Shown here: in pieces, positions 49,553 to 59,631 of the stretch | How the letters are laid out: every line of letters begins with the position of its first letter | Numbering within the stretch: position 1 is the stretch's first letter | Notes under the pieces: model-generated | Seen by the model: the letters and a program-made list of their open reading frames with translations, nothing else | Databases searched by the model: none | Told to the model about the DNA's origin: nothing | NCBI GenBank assembly: GCA_022826505.1 | Contig: JAJDUQ010000050.1 | Location: 12,801-76,800, forward strand | Direction: 5' to 3' | From: Gammaproteobacteria bacterium | GTDB lineage: Bacteria; Pseudomonadota; Gammaproteobacteria; HK1 | DNA: 64,000 bases | Position numbers and translations under genes: made by a program

Positions 49553-50950
49553 ATGTCCGCCGACATCGCCGCGCTCGCCTACCTGGTCTCGGGCGCGCTC
49601 TTCATCCTGGCGCTGCGGGGGCTCTCCTCACCGGAGACCTCCCGGCGGGGCAATTTCCTCGGCATGACGGGGATGGCGATTGCCGTCGTCACCACCCTGG
49701 TGCTCGCCGACATCGCGGAGGGGCTCACGTGGGGGCTCATCGCCCTGGGGGTCGGTCTCGGCGGGGGGATCGGCGCGGTCATTGCGCGCCGCATCCCGAT
49801 GACCGCGATGCCGCAGCTCGTCGCCGCCTTCCACAGCCTGGTGGGCATGGCCGCGGTGCTGGTGGCGGCGGCGGCGCTGAACACGCCGGACGCGTACGGC
49901 ATCGGCACGGTGGGCGAGATCCGGGTCGCGAGCCTCGTCGAGATGTCCATCGGCGCGGCCATCGGCGCCATCACCTTCACCGGCTCGGTGGTGGCGTTCA
50001 CCAAGCTCCAGGGGCTCGTCTCCGGCCGCCCCGTCGTGTTCCCCGGCCAGCACCTGCTGAACGCCGCCCTCGGGGTGCTCATCGTGGTGCTGACGGTGTG
50101 GTTCTGCCGCACCGAGTCGCACACCGCGTTCTGGCTCCTGACCCTGCTCGCGTTCGCCATCGGGGTGCTGATCATCATTCCCATCGGCGGCGCGGACATG
50201 CCGGTGGTGGTCTCGATGCTCAACTCCTACTCCGGGTGGGCGGCCGCGGGCATCGGGTTCACGCTGGAGAACACCGCGCTCATCATCACCGGGGCGCTGG
50301 TGGGGTCATCGGGGGCCATCCTCTCCTACATCATGTGCAAGGGGATGAACCGCTCGTTCTTCAGCGTCATCCTCGGCGGCTTCGGCGGCGAGACGGACCT
50401 TGCGGCGGGCGGCGCGGTGGAGCAGCGCCCGGTCAAGCAGGGCAGCGCCGAGGACGCCGCGTTCATCATGAAGAACGCGGGCTCGGTCATCATCGTCCCG
50501 GGATACGGGATGGCGGTCGCGCAGGCGCAGCACGCGTTGCGCGAGATGGCCGACACGCTCAAGGCCGAGGGCGTGAAGGTGACCTACGCCATCCACCCGG
50601 TGGCGGGGAGGATGCCCGGGCACATGAACGTCCTGCTCGCCGAGGCCAACGTCCCCTACGACGAGGTCTTCGAGCTCGACGACATCAACAGCCAGTTCCC
50701 CCAGGCCGACGTTGCCTTCGTCATCGGCGCCAACGACGTGACCAACCCGGCCGCCAAGACCAACCCGCAGAGCCCGATCTACGGGATGCCGGTGCTCGAC
50801 GTCGAGAAGGCGAAGACGGTCCTGTTCTCCAAGCGGGGGATGGGCTCGGGGTATGCGGGGATCGAGAACGAGCTGTTCTTCCGGGACAACACGATGATGC
50901 TGTTTGCCGATGCGAAGAAGATGGTGGAGGAGATTGTGAAGGCGATGTAG
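49553..50950 (+). CDS. pntB: NAD(P) transhydrogenase subunit beta
   Basis: MPQLVA.FHS.VG.AAV, IGGADMPVVVSMLNSYSGWAAA, VPGYGMAVAQAQ, HPVAGRMPGHMNVLLAEA, GANDV.NP. Confidence 0.97.
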   Translation: MSADIAALAYLVSGALFILALRGLSSPETSRRGNFLGMTGMAIAVVTTLVLADIAEGLTWGLIALGVGLGGGIGAVIARRIPMTAMPQLVAAFHSLVGMAAVLVAAAALNTPDAYGIGTVGEIRVASLVEMSIGAAIGAITFTGSVVAFTKLQGLVSGRPVVFPGQHLLNAALGVLIVVLTVWFCRTESHTAFWLLTLLAFAIGVLIIIPIGGADMPVVVSMLNSYSGWAAAGIGFTLENTALIITGALVGSSGAILSYIMCKGMNRSFFSVILGGFGGETDLAAGGAVEQRPVKQGSAEDAAFIMKNAGSVIIVPGYGMAVAQAQHALREMADTLKAEGVKVTYAIHPVAGRMPGHMNVLLAEANVPYDEVFELDDINSQFPQADVAFVIGANDVTNPAAKTNPQSPIYGMPVLDVEKAKTVLFSKRGMGSGYAGIENELFFRDNTMMLFADAKKMVEEIVKAM

Positions 50951-51011
50951 GACGTCGACACGGTGGAGAATTCGATGTCCGATGGTTCGGGCCACGGCGG
51001 TATCGCCGGTG

Positions 51012-51719
51012 CTATCCGCCGAGATAGGCGCGGCGAACGTGAGCGTTCTCATGCAGGTCGGCTGCGGGGCCTTCCAGCGCCACGGCCCCGGTTTCAAGCA
51101 CGTAGGCATACTGCGCCAGCCGCAGCGCCAGTTCCGCGTTCTGCTCGACCAGCACGACCGGGATGCCGCGCGCGGAGATATCGGTGACTATCCGCGCGAT
51201 CTCCTGGACCATCACCGGCGCCAGGCCCATCGACGGCTCGTCCAGCAACAGCACCCTGGGGGCGCTCATCAACGCCCGCCCCATCGCCAACATCTGCTGC
51301 TCTCCGCCGGACATCGACCGCGCCGATTGCCGGCGCCGCTCGGCAAGGCGCGGAAAGTGGCCGAAGACCTCCGCCAGCGACGTCTCGATGGCAGCCTTGT
51401 CCGTGCGCAGGAAGGCGCCCGTGTGCAGGTTTTCCTCGACTGTCAGGTCCGGAAACACCCGCCGGCCCTCCGGCACGTGGGCGATGCCCCGGCGCACGAT
51501 CTCCTCCGGCGCCAGTCCGTCGATCCTTGCATCGTCGAAGCGGATTTCCCCCCGGGTCAGCGGCTCCAGTCCGGAAATGGCGCGCAGGGTCGTCGTCTTC
51601 CCGGCGCCGTTCGCGCCAATGATGGTCACGATACCGCCCGCCGGCACCGTCATCGAAACGCCCTTGAGCGCCGCGGTCTTCTGGTAGCGTACCTCGATAT
51701 CCCGGATTTCAAGAAACAT
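51012..51719 (-). CDS. Branched-chain amino acid-type ABC transporter ATP-binding protein (LivF-like)
   Basis: GANGAGKTT, VPEGR.VF..LTV.ENL, SGGEQQMLA.GRALM, LLDEPS.GLAP. Confidence 0.93.
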   Translation of the reverse strand: MFLEIRDIEVRYQKTAALKGVSMTVPAGGIVTIIGANGAGKTTTLRAISGLEPLTRGEIRFDDARIDGLAPEEIVRRGIAHVPEGRRVFPDLTVEENLHTGAFLRTDKAAIETSLAEVFGHFPRLAERRRQSARSMSGGEQQMLAMGRALMSAPRVLLLDEPSMGLAPVMVQEIARIVTDISARGIPVVLVEQNAELALRLAQYAYVLETGAVALEGPAADLHENAHVRRAYLGG

Positions 51720-52500
51720 GGCCGGCTCCGTCGGCCGAGCCGAGATACGCTTCGATCACGGCGGGATCGTTGCGCACCGCTTCCGGCGCGCCCTCGACCA
51801 GCAAGGCGCCGAAGTTCATCACGGTGATGATGTCGCAGAGATTCATCACCGCCTGCATGTCATGCTCGACCAGCATGATGGTGACACCGCGGTCGCGGAT
51901 GCGTCGGACCAGCGCCATCATGCGCCGGGTCTCCTCGGGGTTCATTCCCGTGAAGGGCTCGTCGAGCAGCAGTACCTTCGGTTCCGCCGCCAGGGCGACC
52001 GCCATGCCGAGCATTCGCTGGTAGCCGTGCGGCAGGTTCGACACCGGCTCGTCCGCCAGTTCATCCAGTCCGAAAAAGGCCAGCGTTTCCCGTGCCCTTG
52101 CGTCCGCTTCCCGCTCGGACAGCCGATCCGTGCCGATCAGTCGGCTGAGGAAACCGGCCCGCGCGCCGAGGTGGCGCCCGACCCGGACATTGTCCAGGAC
52201 CGAAAATTCCTGAAACAGGGTCGAGCCCTGGAACGTGCGCACCAGCCCCATCGCGGCGAGCGCGCTGGTCTTGCGACCCGAGATGTCGAGACCCCGAAGG
52301 AACACCCGCCCGCCCGTCGGCGCGTAGAAGCCGCTGATCACGTTGAAAGTCGTCGTCTTTCCCGCGCCGTTCGGCCCAATCAGGCCATGGATCACGCCCT
52401 CATGTACCGAGAAGCTGAAATTGTCGACCGCCACCAGGCCGCCGAACCGACGGGTGAGCCCGCGGGCTTCCAGAATCGGCCGTTCGCCACGCCCGTTCAT
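51709..52500 (-). CDS. Branched-chain amino acid-type ABC transporter ATP-binding protein (LivG-like)
   Basis: FGGL.AVD, GLIGPNGAGKTT.FN, RTFQ, LLLDEP..GMN, VEHDM, VIEAYLG. Confidence 0.93.
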   Translation of the reverse strand: MNGRGERPILEARGLTRRFGGLVAVDNFSFSVHEGVIHGLIGPNGAGKTTTFNVISGFYAPTGGRVFLRGLDISGRKTSALAAMGLVRTFQGSTLFQEFSVLDNVRVGRHLGARAGFLSRLIGTDRLSEREADARARETLAFFGLDELADEPVSNLPHGYQRMLGMAVALAAEPKVLLLDEPFTGMNPEETRRMMALVRRIRDRGVTIMLVEHDMQAVMNLCDIITVMNFGALLVEGAPEAVRNDPAVIEAYLGSADGAGHVS

Positions 52501-53528
52501 GCCGGCTCTCTGGCGGCTGCGGCCTGTCCGCCGCGCCAACGCCGCCACCGGGCCCGCGCCCGAGGTCCGAGGCTTTCGAGCCCGTTCGGGAGGTAGAGGA
52601 CGGCAAGAATCAGGATGACGCCATAGATCAGGGGACGCGCCGTGTCCAGGCCCAGCGCGCGCAGGACGATCTCGTTGATGACGGTGAGCACGACAACGCC
52701 GAGGATGGGGCCGTGGAAGGTCGCGGTGCCGCCGACGACGGCCCAGACCAGGACATAGACCATCTGATCGACGCTGAATCGGGTTGGATTCACCGCGCCG
52801 ATGTAGTGGGCGTACAGGGCGCCGGCGATTCCGGCGAAAAAGGAGGCGATGACGAATGCGAGAGTCCGGTACCGGAACGTGTCCACGCCGACCGATTCGG
52901 CGAGCCGGTCCTGCCAGTGGATCGCATGGAAGGTCAACCCGATGCGCGACCGCTCGATGCGGTAGAGGACGAACAGGGAGGTCGAGACGACGACCAGCGC
53001 CAGGAAGTAGTAGTTCACCGGCTCGTAGAAGTCGATCGACAGAAAGCCGGTTTCGATGTCGGGAAAGGGATCGATGCGCTTCAGGCCCTTGGGGCCGCCG
53101 AAGGGATGGGTGAAGCGCTTCCAGATCAGCCGGATGATTTCGCCGGCCGCGAACGAGCCGATCAGGAAATAGAAACCCTTCATCCGGAACAGCGGGACGC
53201 TCAGGATTGCGGCGGTCGCGGCCGCCATACCGCCCCCGAGGAGCATGGAGAGCGGCACCGGAACGCCGAGCTGCTTTGCCAGCAGCGCGCTGGCATAGGC
53301 CCCGACCCCCATGATGACCACGTGGCCGAGGGACCATTCGCCGGTGAGCGTCAACAGCCGATAGCTGGAAACCAGGAGGACGTTGATGACGAGGAGAACC
53401 GCGATTTCCTGCTGAGAGTAGCTGAGCAGGAAGGGGAGCACCGCCAGCGCCGCGAACAGGAAGACCAGCCGCAGCCGCCACGCAATCCGACGGATCGGAC
53501 CGCCGGTTCCGGCCGCCCGCTCAGGCAC
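52497..53528 (-). CDS. Branched-chain amino acid-type ABC permease (LivM-like)
   Basis: G..SLGH....GVGAY, R.KG.YF, GG..GL, S..G....AI, A.S.GVD, AG..GAL.AH, VGG.....GP..G. Confidence 0.9.
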   Translation of the reverse strand: MPERAAGTGGPIRRIAWRLRLVFLFAALAVLPFLLSYSQQEIAVLLVINVLLVSSYRLLTLTGEWSLGHVVIMGVGAYASALLAKQLGVPVPLSMLLGGGMAAATAAILSVPLFRMKGFYFLIGSFAAGEIIRLIWKRFTHPFGGPKGLKRIDPFPDIETGFLSIDFYEPVNYYFLALVVVSTSLFVLYRIERSRIGLTFHAIHWQDRLAESVGVDTFRYRTLAFVIASFFAGIAGALYAHYIGAVNPTRFSVDQMVYVLVWAVVGGTATFHGPILGVVVLTVINEIVLRALGLDTARPLIYGVILILAVLYLPNGLESLGPRARARWRRWRGGQAAAAREPA

Positions 53529-54384
53529 GTTCCCTCGCCCCGAACAGCCCGGTCGGTCGGACCACCAGCACGGCCAGCATCAGCGCCAGCCCGACGATGT
53601 TGGCGATTACCCCGTCGAAGAAGGTCGTCATGAACGTGTGGACGAAGGCATAGAGCACCGCCGCGATGACCGCGCCTTCAAGGCTGCCCACGCCGCCGAC
53701 AATGATGATGATGAAGGCCGTGACGATGATCGAATGGCCGATATAGGGCGTCGGGCTGACGAGAGGTGCCGTCAGGGCGCCGGCCACGCCCGCCAGGGCG
53801 GCGCCGATGAACATGGCGATGCGCGCCGTCTGGTTCATCGAGATGCCCTGGAGGGAGGCGGCCTCGGCGTCCTGGGCGCAGGCGCGCAGGGCCCGGCCGA
53901 ATTTCGAGCGCTTGAGGAAGGCCCAGAGCGCAGCGAGCAGCGCGATGGCGGCGGCGATCACGAAGAGCCGCTGATAGGTCAGGATGGCGCCGAAAATCTC
54001 AATCTTGCCCTGGGTCGAGGGCGGCACATGGCCCATGCGCCGGCCGAAGCCGAACACGACCAGAGTTTGCAGGATCAGCAGGAATCCAATGGAGGCGATG
54101 AGGCCGCCCAGCGGATTGTCGCGCAACGGGCGGAACATCGTTCGTTCCATGACGATGCCGACAATGCCGACGAAGATCAGGCCCGCCGCGACCGCGAGCA
54201 GGAACGGAAAGTCCTGCTGGGCGTACAGGAACACCACGCAATAGGCGCCCACCATGTACAGCTCGCCATGGGCGAAGTTGATGACGCCCATGACGCCGAA
54301 GATCATCACCAGCCCGACCGCGATCAGCGCCATGTAGCTGGCGGCGTAGGTCGCGTTCACGGCGGTCTGCCACAGCAGGTCCAT
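53521..54384 (-). CDS. Branched-chain amino acid-type ABC permease (LivH-like)
   Basis: L.AVGL..IFGVM.VINFAHGE..M.GAY, GRA.RA.AQD...A.L.GI, GG.GS..GA, RP.GLFG. Confidence 0.92.
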   Translation of the reverse strand: MDLLWQTAVNATYAASYMALIAVGLVMIFGVMGVINFAHGELYMVGAYCVVFLYAQQDFPFLLAVAAGLIFVGIVGIVMERTMFRPLRDNPLGGLIASIGFLLILQTLVVFGFGRRMGHVPPSTQGKIEIFGAILTYQRLFVIAAAIALLAALWAFLKRSKFGRALRACAQDAEAASLQGISMNQTARIAMFIGAALAGVAGALTAPLVSPTPYIGHSIIVTAFIIIIVGGVGSLEGAVIAAVLYAFVHTFMTTFFDGVIANIVGLALMLAVLVVRPTGLFGARERA

Positions 54385-54419
54385 CTGCCTGTCTCAACGG
54401 CCGGAGCGGGGAAGCGATA

Positions 54420-54446
54420 CCGGGACCGGGCGATGCCCGGTCCCGG
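54420..54446 (-). terminator. Perfect hairpin between the SBP and permease genes (stabiliser/attenuator)
   Basis: CCGGGACCGGGC-GAT-GCCCGGTCCCGG, 12-bp stem. Confidence 0.6.
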
Positions 54447-54492
54447 CGGTCTCCAATGGCACGGCAGCGGGGGCCATGCGGAACGCGGAGCT

Positions 54493-55803
54493 TTACCCGC
54501 GCTGGTGCCACATCTGGCCCAGAGCCGTCATGTGCTTGATCATCAGGTCCTTGTGCCTGTCCCACCAGGCGGGAATGGACTTGAAATCCTTGATCGTGGC
54601 CTTGCCGCCTTCGATCACCACGACCGGCCAGTTGCCGACCAGGGCGTTGTCGATGCCGAACAGCTCCGTGCCCCACCAGTCGGCGGTGCCGAAAGCGTGC
54701 TTCCCCGTGCCGCCGGCCTTCATCGCCTCCAGGACGGCCGCCGGTTCGGCGCTGCCCGCCTGACTTGCGGCGTCGGCCCACAGATCCATGATCGAGGCGT
54801 ATTCCCAGGAAACGGCGCTCCATTCCGAGGCGCCGTAACGCTTGGCGTACTCCGCGTAGAACTCGTTCGGGTTGACGAAGTTCACCTCCTCGCTGTTCAA
54901 CGCCGGGTCGTCGAAGTCCGGGAACTGGAAGATGAAGCCTTCCATGAACTCTTCCGACGTCTTTTCGATGATCTTCTGGTAGAAGTCAGCGGTGCAGGAA
55001 ATGATCTGTCCCTTGTAACCCTGCTGGAATGCCTGTTCGCACAGCGGATGGACATAGTCGGCGTAGCAGGTGTCCAGACAGAGGATGTCCGGATTCCCGG
55101 CGAGCAGCTTGGTCATGACCGGCGCGAAATCGGTCGTCGCCGGGTCGAAGAACAGGGGCTCGTCGACCATCCCGATCCCTGCCGCCTCGAAAGCCGCCAG
55201 GTAAGTCGCCACCGAAGGCTTCCCGAGGGAGTCGTCCTGCGCGCACATGGCGGCGGTCTTCAGGTCCGGCTTGTTTTCCGCCAGCCATTCGACGCCGGTC
55301 ACGTTGTAGATCGGATGCACCTCGCAAGGCGCCAGAAGGGTGGTGCTGTCAGGCGACAGGTCGCTCGGCAGCAGCGTCGAGAACAGCATGCCCTCGCGTT
55401 CGGCGATCGTCTGCACGCCGGGCCAGGTGTCGCCGCCAAGCATCATGATGAACTTGACACCGTCTTCCTTGATGAGCTTGGTGGCGCCGGTCCGCGCCTT
55501 GGCGGCGTCGTACTCGTTGTCGTAACCGACGAATTCGATGTTGTACGACTGGCCGCCGATGTTGACCCCGCCCTTGGCGTTGACCCAGTCCGCCCAGATC
55601 AGGCAGCCGTCGAGGCCGGGCTTGCCCCAGGCCGCCACCGGGCCCGTGAGCGGGGCCAGGAATCCGATCCTGATCGTATGGCTGTCGGCGAAGGCGACGC
55701 GCGACAGGCCGCTGCCCATCGCCGCCAGCGCCGTCCCCGACGCCGCCGTGGTCCCCAGAAATTTTCGCCTGCTAATCTTGTGGTCAAGTGACTTGCGCGA
55801 CAT
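54493..55803 (-). CDS. LivK-like (type I periplasmic-binding fold) substrate-binding protein, Tat-exported
   Basis: SRRKFLG twin-arginine leader, IRIG.LAPLTGP.A.WG, N..GG, YDNEYD, TTDF.P. Confidence 0.9.
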   Translation of the reverse strand: MSRKSLDHKISRRKFLGTTAASGTALAAMGSGLSRVAFADSHTIRIGFLAPLTGPVAAWGKPGLDGCLIWADWVNAKGGVNIGGQSYNIEFVGYDNEYDAAKARTGATKLIKEDGVKFIMMLGGDTWPGVQTIAEREGMLFSTLLPSDLSPDSTTLLAPCEVHPIYNVTGVEWLAENKPDLKTAAMCAQDDSLGKPSVATYLAAFEAAGIGMVDEPLFFDPATTDFAPVMTKLLAGNPDILCLDTCYADYVHPLCEQAFQQGYKGQIISCTADFYQKIIEKTSEEFMEGFIFQFPDFDDPALNSEEVNFVNPNEFYAEYAKRYGASEWSAVSWEYASIMDLWADAASQAGSAEPAAVLEAMKAGGTGKHAFGTADWWGTELFGIDNALVGNWPVVVIEGGKATIKDFKSIPAWWDRHKDLMIKHMTALGQMWHQRG

Positions 55804-56015
55804 GAGAGCCTCCCAGAATTGTCAGGCCGGCGTCCCGGAATTGCTACGCCGGCGTTGGCGCCTGTTGTCCTGCGGTGTCGCCAGGGAACTGAACGATCGT
55901 CCGGCGACACCTCGCAGGGTCTGCGTGACCGCAACCGGGGGCGATCCGTCGGCGCCAAGACCAATTCTGACCAATTCGCACGGCGGATGGCCCGGGCCTG
56001 CACGACTGCGGTCAA

Positions 56016-56067
56016 TCATGTACAGCATGACAAATTTGAGGCTGGATGCAAGCGAATTGTGCATCCA
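56016..56067. promoter_or_regulatory. Two palindromic candidate operators in the divergent livK/TPR intergenic region
   Basis: TCATG-N5-CATGA (56016-56030) and TGGATGCA-N9-TGCATCCA (56043-56067) in a lower-GC stretch. Confidence 0.5.
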
Positions 56068-56409
56068 TGTCGCTTTTACGCCCGATCCCGCCAACCGAAT
56101 CACCGCTGGGAATCGAACCCGCATGGACATGAGGTGGCGTATACTGATGTTGATTGGCGTAGATTTGGTCTATGCCGATGAAGCGAATCTTGAAACCATA
56201 CGGGCAATTCGGATCAGACCGGATCGCCGGCCAGGACAGTGAGCGAAGTCATGGGCAAAGAAAAACGTCATGACGTTCCGGGACAACGCGTACAAGTCGG
56301 TGATGACCGGCACCATGGCCCCTGCCCACCACACCGCCCGGGTCGATGCCATGGACGATTCGATGGAGAGCAATCTCCCCAACGATTGACGCTGCCCGAA
56401 CGCCCGACC

Positions 56410-57144
56410 ATGGCCGACCAGGCGACGGAATGGGAGTGGGACGCCCTTTCGGCGGCCGCGCTCGACGCGTATCGCTCGGCGCGGCGCGAGGAGGCAGTCC
56501 ACCTGTGGCGGCGGGCGGATGCGTTGGCGCGGGACTTTCCGGAGGGCGATCCGCGCCGGGCCGCCACCCGGAACAACAGCGCGCTCGTCCTCCTGATCGA
56601 ACAGGACCACGACGGCGCCGTCGCCGCCCTGTCGTCGGCGCTTGCTTCGTGGGACGGTGCGCTGGAGTGGACGCGAGGCATGGCGGTCAGCGCCGTGGCT
56701 CGCAGTTCGCTCTTTCACCAGCGCATGGAGCAGCGCCATGTCGCGGCCTACGGCGACGTCCGGCGTGCGCGGCACCGCGAGTTCCTGGGTGGTGCGGTGG
56801 CCCTGACCCGCTTCAACCTCGCGATTGCCCGGCTTTTCCTGGACGACGACGAAACCGCCGATGCCCTGCTCGCGACCGCGCTCGCCGAACGCGAGCGGGC
56901 GTTCGGACCGAACAACTCGGAAGTCATCGGAATTGCGCGGGTGCTGTCGGGCCGGGCCGATGCCGCCGGGGACGACGCCGGTATGGCCCTGTACGATGCC
57001 AGGATCCAGGCCGCTGCCGGGAACCGCGCCCATGATGTGCTCGACACCTGGCGCCGGGAACAGCCGCCGGAGATGACGGACACCCGACGGCTTCTGGCTG
57101 CAGGCTATCTCACTGCAATCGTTCATGAACGGGATTTTCTGTAG
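56410..57144 (+). CDS. Hypothetical all-helical TPR-like protein
   Basis: A...W.RA...A..F...DPR.A...NN.A, NLA...L, AL..RE..FG....EV TPR-like helices; GC3-rich codons. Confidence 0.7.
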   Translation: MADQATEWEWDALSAAALDAYRSARREEAVHLWRRADALARDFPEGDPRRAATRNNSALVLLIEQDHDGAVAALSSALASWDGALEWTRGMAVSAVARSSLFHQRMEQRHVAAYGDVRRARHREFLGGAVALTRFNLAIARLFLDDDETADALLATALAERERAFGPNNSEVIGIARVLSGRADAAGDDAGMALYDARIQAAAGNRAHDVLDTWRREQPPEMTDTRRLLAAGYLTAIVHERDFL

Positions 57145-57210
57145 CCGGCCTCCTGCAGGGCGACGTAGGTGGTACACATGTCGATGCACAGATGGCAGGG
57201 GGAACGGCCG

Positions 57211-57861
57211 ATGACAAGATACGCATCATTCGCCATCGCGGCGATACTCGCCGCATCCACGTCGGGCAGGGCGCTCGCCGCGTCCGACAACGAGCTCGCG
57301 ACCGCGACCTTCGCGGGTGGGTGCTTCTGGTGCGTGGAGTCGGATTTCGACACCGTGCCGGGCGTCGTGGAGACCATATCCGGGTACACCGGCGGTACCA
57401 CCGCGAACCCGACGTACAAGCAGGTCGGCGAGGGCGACACCGGCCATCGCGAAGCAGTGCAGATTCGCTACGACCCGAAACAGGTCTCGTACGAACGCCT
57501 GCTGGAAATCTTCTGGCGCAGCGTCGACCCCACCGACGGCGGCGGACAGTTCTGCGACCGCGGGGAGAGCTACCAGACCGCGATCTTCGTCGACAACGAA
57601 GAAGAACAGCGCCTCGCCGAAGCGGCGAAGGCGGCGATCGACCAGTCCATGGTGCTGGACGCGCCCGTGGTCACCCCGATCGAGCCGGCCGGGGAGTTCT
57701 ATCCGGCCGAGGACTACCACCAGGACTACTACACGAAGAATCCGTTCCGCTACCGGTTCTACCGATTCTCGTGCGGGCGAGACTCACGCGTGCAGCAGGT
57801 CTGGGGCAAGCAGGCTCACGAGGGTATCGAGAGCAAGTTCAAGGGGATCGAGCGGAACTGA
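57211..57861 (+). CDS. msrA: Peptide-methionine (S)-S-oxide reductase with signal peptide
   Basis: FAGGCFWC.E, SGY.GG...NPTY, GH.EAV, DPT...GQF.D.G..Y, FY.AE.YHQ.YY; N-terminal A-L-A signal. Confidence 0.95.
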   Translation: MTRYASFAIAAILAASTSGRALAASDNELATATFAGGCFWCVESDFDTVPGVVETISGYTGGTTANPTYKQVGEGDTGHREAVQIRYDPKQVSYERLLEIFWRSVDPTDGGGQFCDRGESYQTAIFVDNEEEQRLAEAAKAAIDQSMVLDAPVVTPIEPAGEFYPAEDYHQDYYTKNPFRYRFYRFSCGRDSRVQQVWGKQAHEGIESKFKGIERN

Positions 57862-57945
57862 TCGAAGCACCGCTCCGGCGCGGTCCCTGTCGCCGCGCGA
57901 CGACGCTCGCGTCCCCCGTGATGCCTCCGGACGGCACCCGCCGTT

Positions 57946-59355
57946 TCAGTCGAGCATCTCCCGCACGTCCGCGAGCCGCCCCCTCACCGCCGCCGCCGCC
58001 GCCATCGCCGGGCTCACGAGGTGGGTGCGGGCATCGCGCCCCTGCCGACCCTCGAAGTTGCGGTTCGAGGTGGATGCGCAGCGCTTGCCGGCGCCGACCC
58101 GGTCCGGGTTCATCCCGAGACACATCGAGCAGCCGGACTCGCGCCACTGGAAGCCGGCGTCGATGAAGACCCGATCCAGCCCCTCCGCCTCCGCCTGGTG
58201 CTTGATGAGGGTCGAGCCGGGGGAGACCATCGCATCGACGTGCGCGGCCACCCTGCGCCCCTCGACCACCGCGGCAGCCGCACGCAGATCCTCCATGCGT
58301 CCGTTGGTGCACGAACCGATGAACACGTTGTCCACCGCGATGTCGGTCATCGCAGTGCCGGGTTCGAGTCCCATGTACTGGAGGGCCCGCGTCATCGCGC
58401 CGCGCTTCGCCTCGTTCGGCGCATCGGCCGGGTCCGGCACCACGCCTGTAATCGGCACCACGTCCTCGGGGCTCGTGCCCCAGGTGACCTGCGGTGCGAT
58501 GTCCGCCGCCTCGATCCGCACCTCCTTGTCGTAGGCCGCGCCATCATCCGATGCGAGGGTGCTCCAGTACGCCACCGCGGCGTCCCACTCGGCGCCCTTC
58601 GGCGCCATCGGGCGGCCCTCGAGGTAGGTGTACGTCTTCTCGTCCGGGGCGACGAGCCCGGCCCGGGCCCCCGCCTCGATCGTCATGTTGCTCACCGTCA
58701 TGCGGCCTTCCATCGAGAGGTCGCGGATGGCGCGCCCGGAGTACTCGATGATGTGCCCGGTGCCGCCGGCGGTGCCGATCCGACCGATGATGGCGAGGAT
58801 CAGGTCCTTGCCGGTGCAGCCGGCCGGGAGCGGATCGTCCACCGTCACCCGCATGCTCTTCGGCCGAGACGTGCGCAGCGTCTGCGTCGCCATCACGTGC
58901 TCGCCCTCCGAGGTCCCGATCCCGAAGGCCAGCGCGCCGAACGCCCCGTGGGTCGCGGTGTGGCTGTCGCAGCACACCACCGTGGTGCCGGGGAGCGTGA
59001 AGCCCTGCTCCGGCCCGATGACGTGGACGATGCCCTGGCGCGGGTCGAGCATGTCGAACACCTGGACACCGAACGCCTCGCAGTTCGCGCTCAGGGTCTC
59101 GACCTGGAGCCGCGACTCCGGATCCTCGATGCCGCGGGTGCGATCGGTGGTCGGCACGTTGTGGTCGGCGACCGCGAGCGTCGCGTCCGTGCGCCGGACG
59201 CTGCGCCCGGCAAGGCGCAGCCCCTCGAAGGCCTGGGGCGAGAGCACCTCGTGCAGCAGGTGCCGGTCGATGTAGAGGAGATTGATCCCGTCGTCCTGGA
59301 CGTCGACGAGATGGGTGTTCCAGATCTTCTCGAAGAGGGTATGTGGCTGCGTCAT
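57946..59355 (-). CDS. leuC: 3-isopropylmalate dehydratase large subunit homolog, copy 1
   Basis: [72 protein letters not shown]. Confidence 0.9.
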   Translation of the reverse strand: MTQPHTLFEKIWNTHLVDVQDDGINLLYIDRHLLHEVLSPQAFEGLRLAGRSVRRTDATLAVADHNVPTTDRTRGIEDPESRLQVETLSANCEAFGVQVFDMLDPRQGIVHVIGPEQGFTLPGTTVVCCDSHTATHGAFGALAFGIGTSEGEHVMATQTLRTSRPKSMRVTVDDPLPAGCTGKDLILAIIGRIGTAGGTGHIIEYSGRAIRDLSMEGRMTVSNMTIEAGARAGLVAPDEKTYTYLEGRPMAPKGAEWDAAVAYWSTLASDDGAAYDKEVRIEAADIAPQVTWGTSPEDVVPITGVVPDPADAPNEAKRGAMTRALQYMGLEPGTAMTDIAVDNVFIGSCTNGRMEDLRAAAAVVEGRRVAAHVDAMVSPGSTLIKHQAEAEGLDRVFIDAGFQWRESGCSMCLGMNPDRVGAGKRCASTSNRNFEGRQGRDARTHLVSPAMAAAAAVRGRLADVREMLD

Positions 59356-59436
59356 GAGGAAATTACCGATGTGTCGTTGCGCCGGGGCACCACGCCTCGC
59401 CCCGGCAAGGCCTGTGCCGAGCCGACGGTTCCGCGC

Positions 59437-59560
59437 GAGCTCGGGCATCCTGCCCGCGGCAGGCCGCGGGCCCCGGACTTTCCGGGAGCGTGGGCATCTC
59501 GCCCGATTGAACCGCCGCGGGCCTGTCGCCCCTTGCGGGTGGGACCCTCGCGCTCCCGGG
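59437..59560. repeat. Cluster of REP-like palindromic units
   Basis: GAGCTCGGGCATCCTGCCCGC, GGGAGCGTGGGCATCTCGCCCG and inverted GCGGGTGGGACCCTCGCGCTCCC; degenerate relatives near 60280-60390. Confidence 0.55.
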
Positions 59561-59631
59561 AGGGGTACGCCGCCGGGAACGTCTCACGGGCGTTGCGGCG
59601 GACTCGCAGGGGTGACGAGCGTTCGACGGCT

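Noticed and set aside
57211-57861. MsrA as a selenoprotein
   Set aside because: The catalytic motif is GCFWC encoded with Cys codons; no in-frame TGA.
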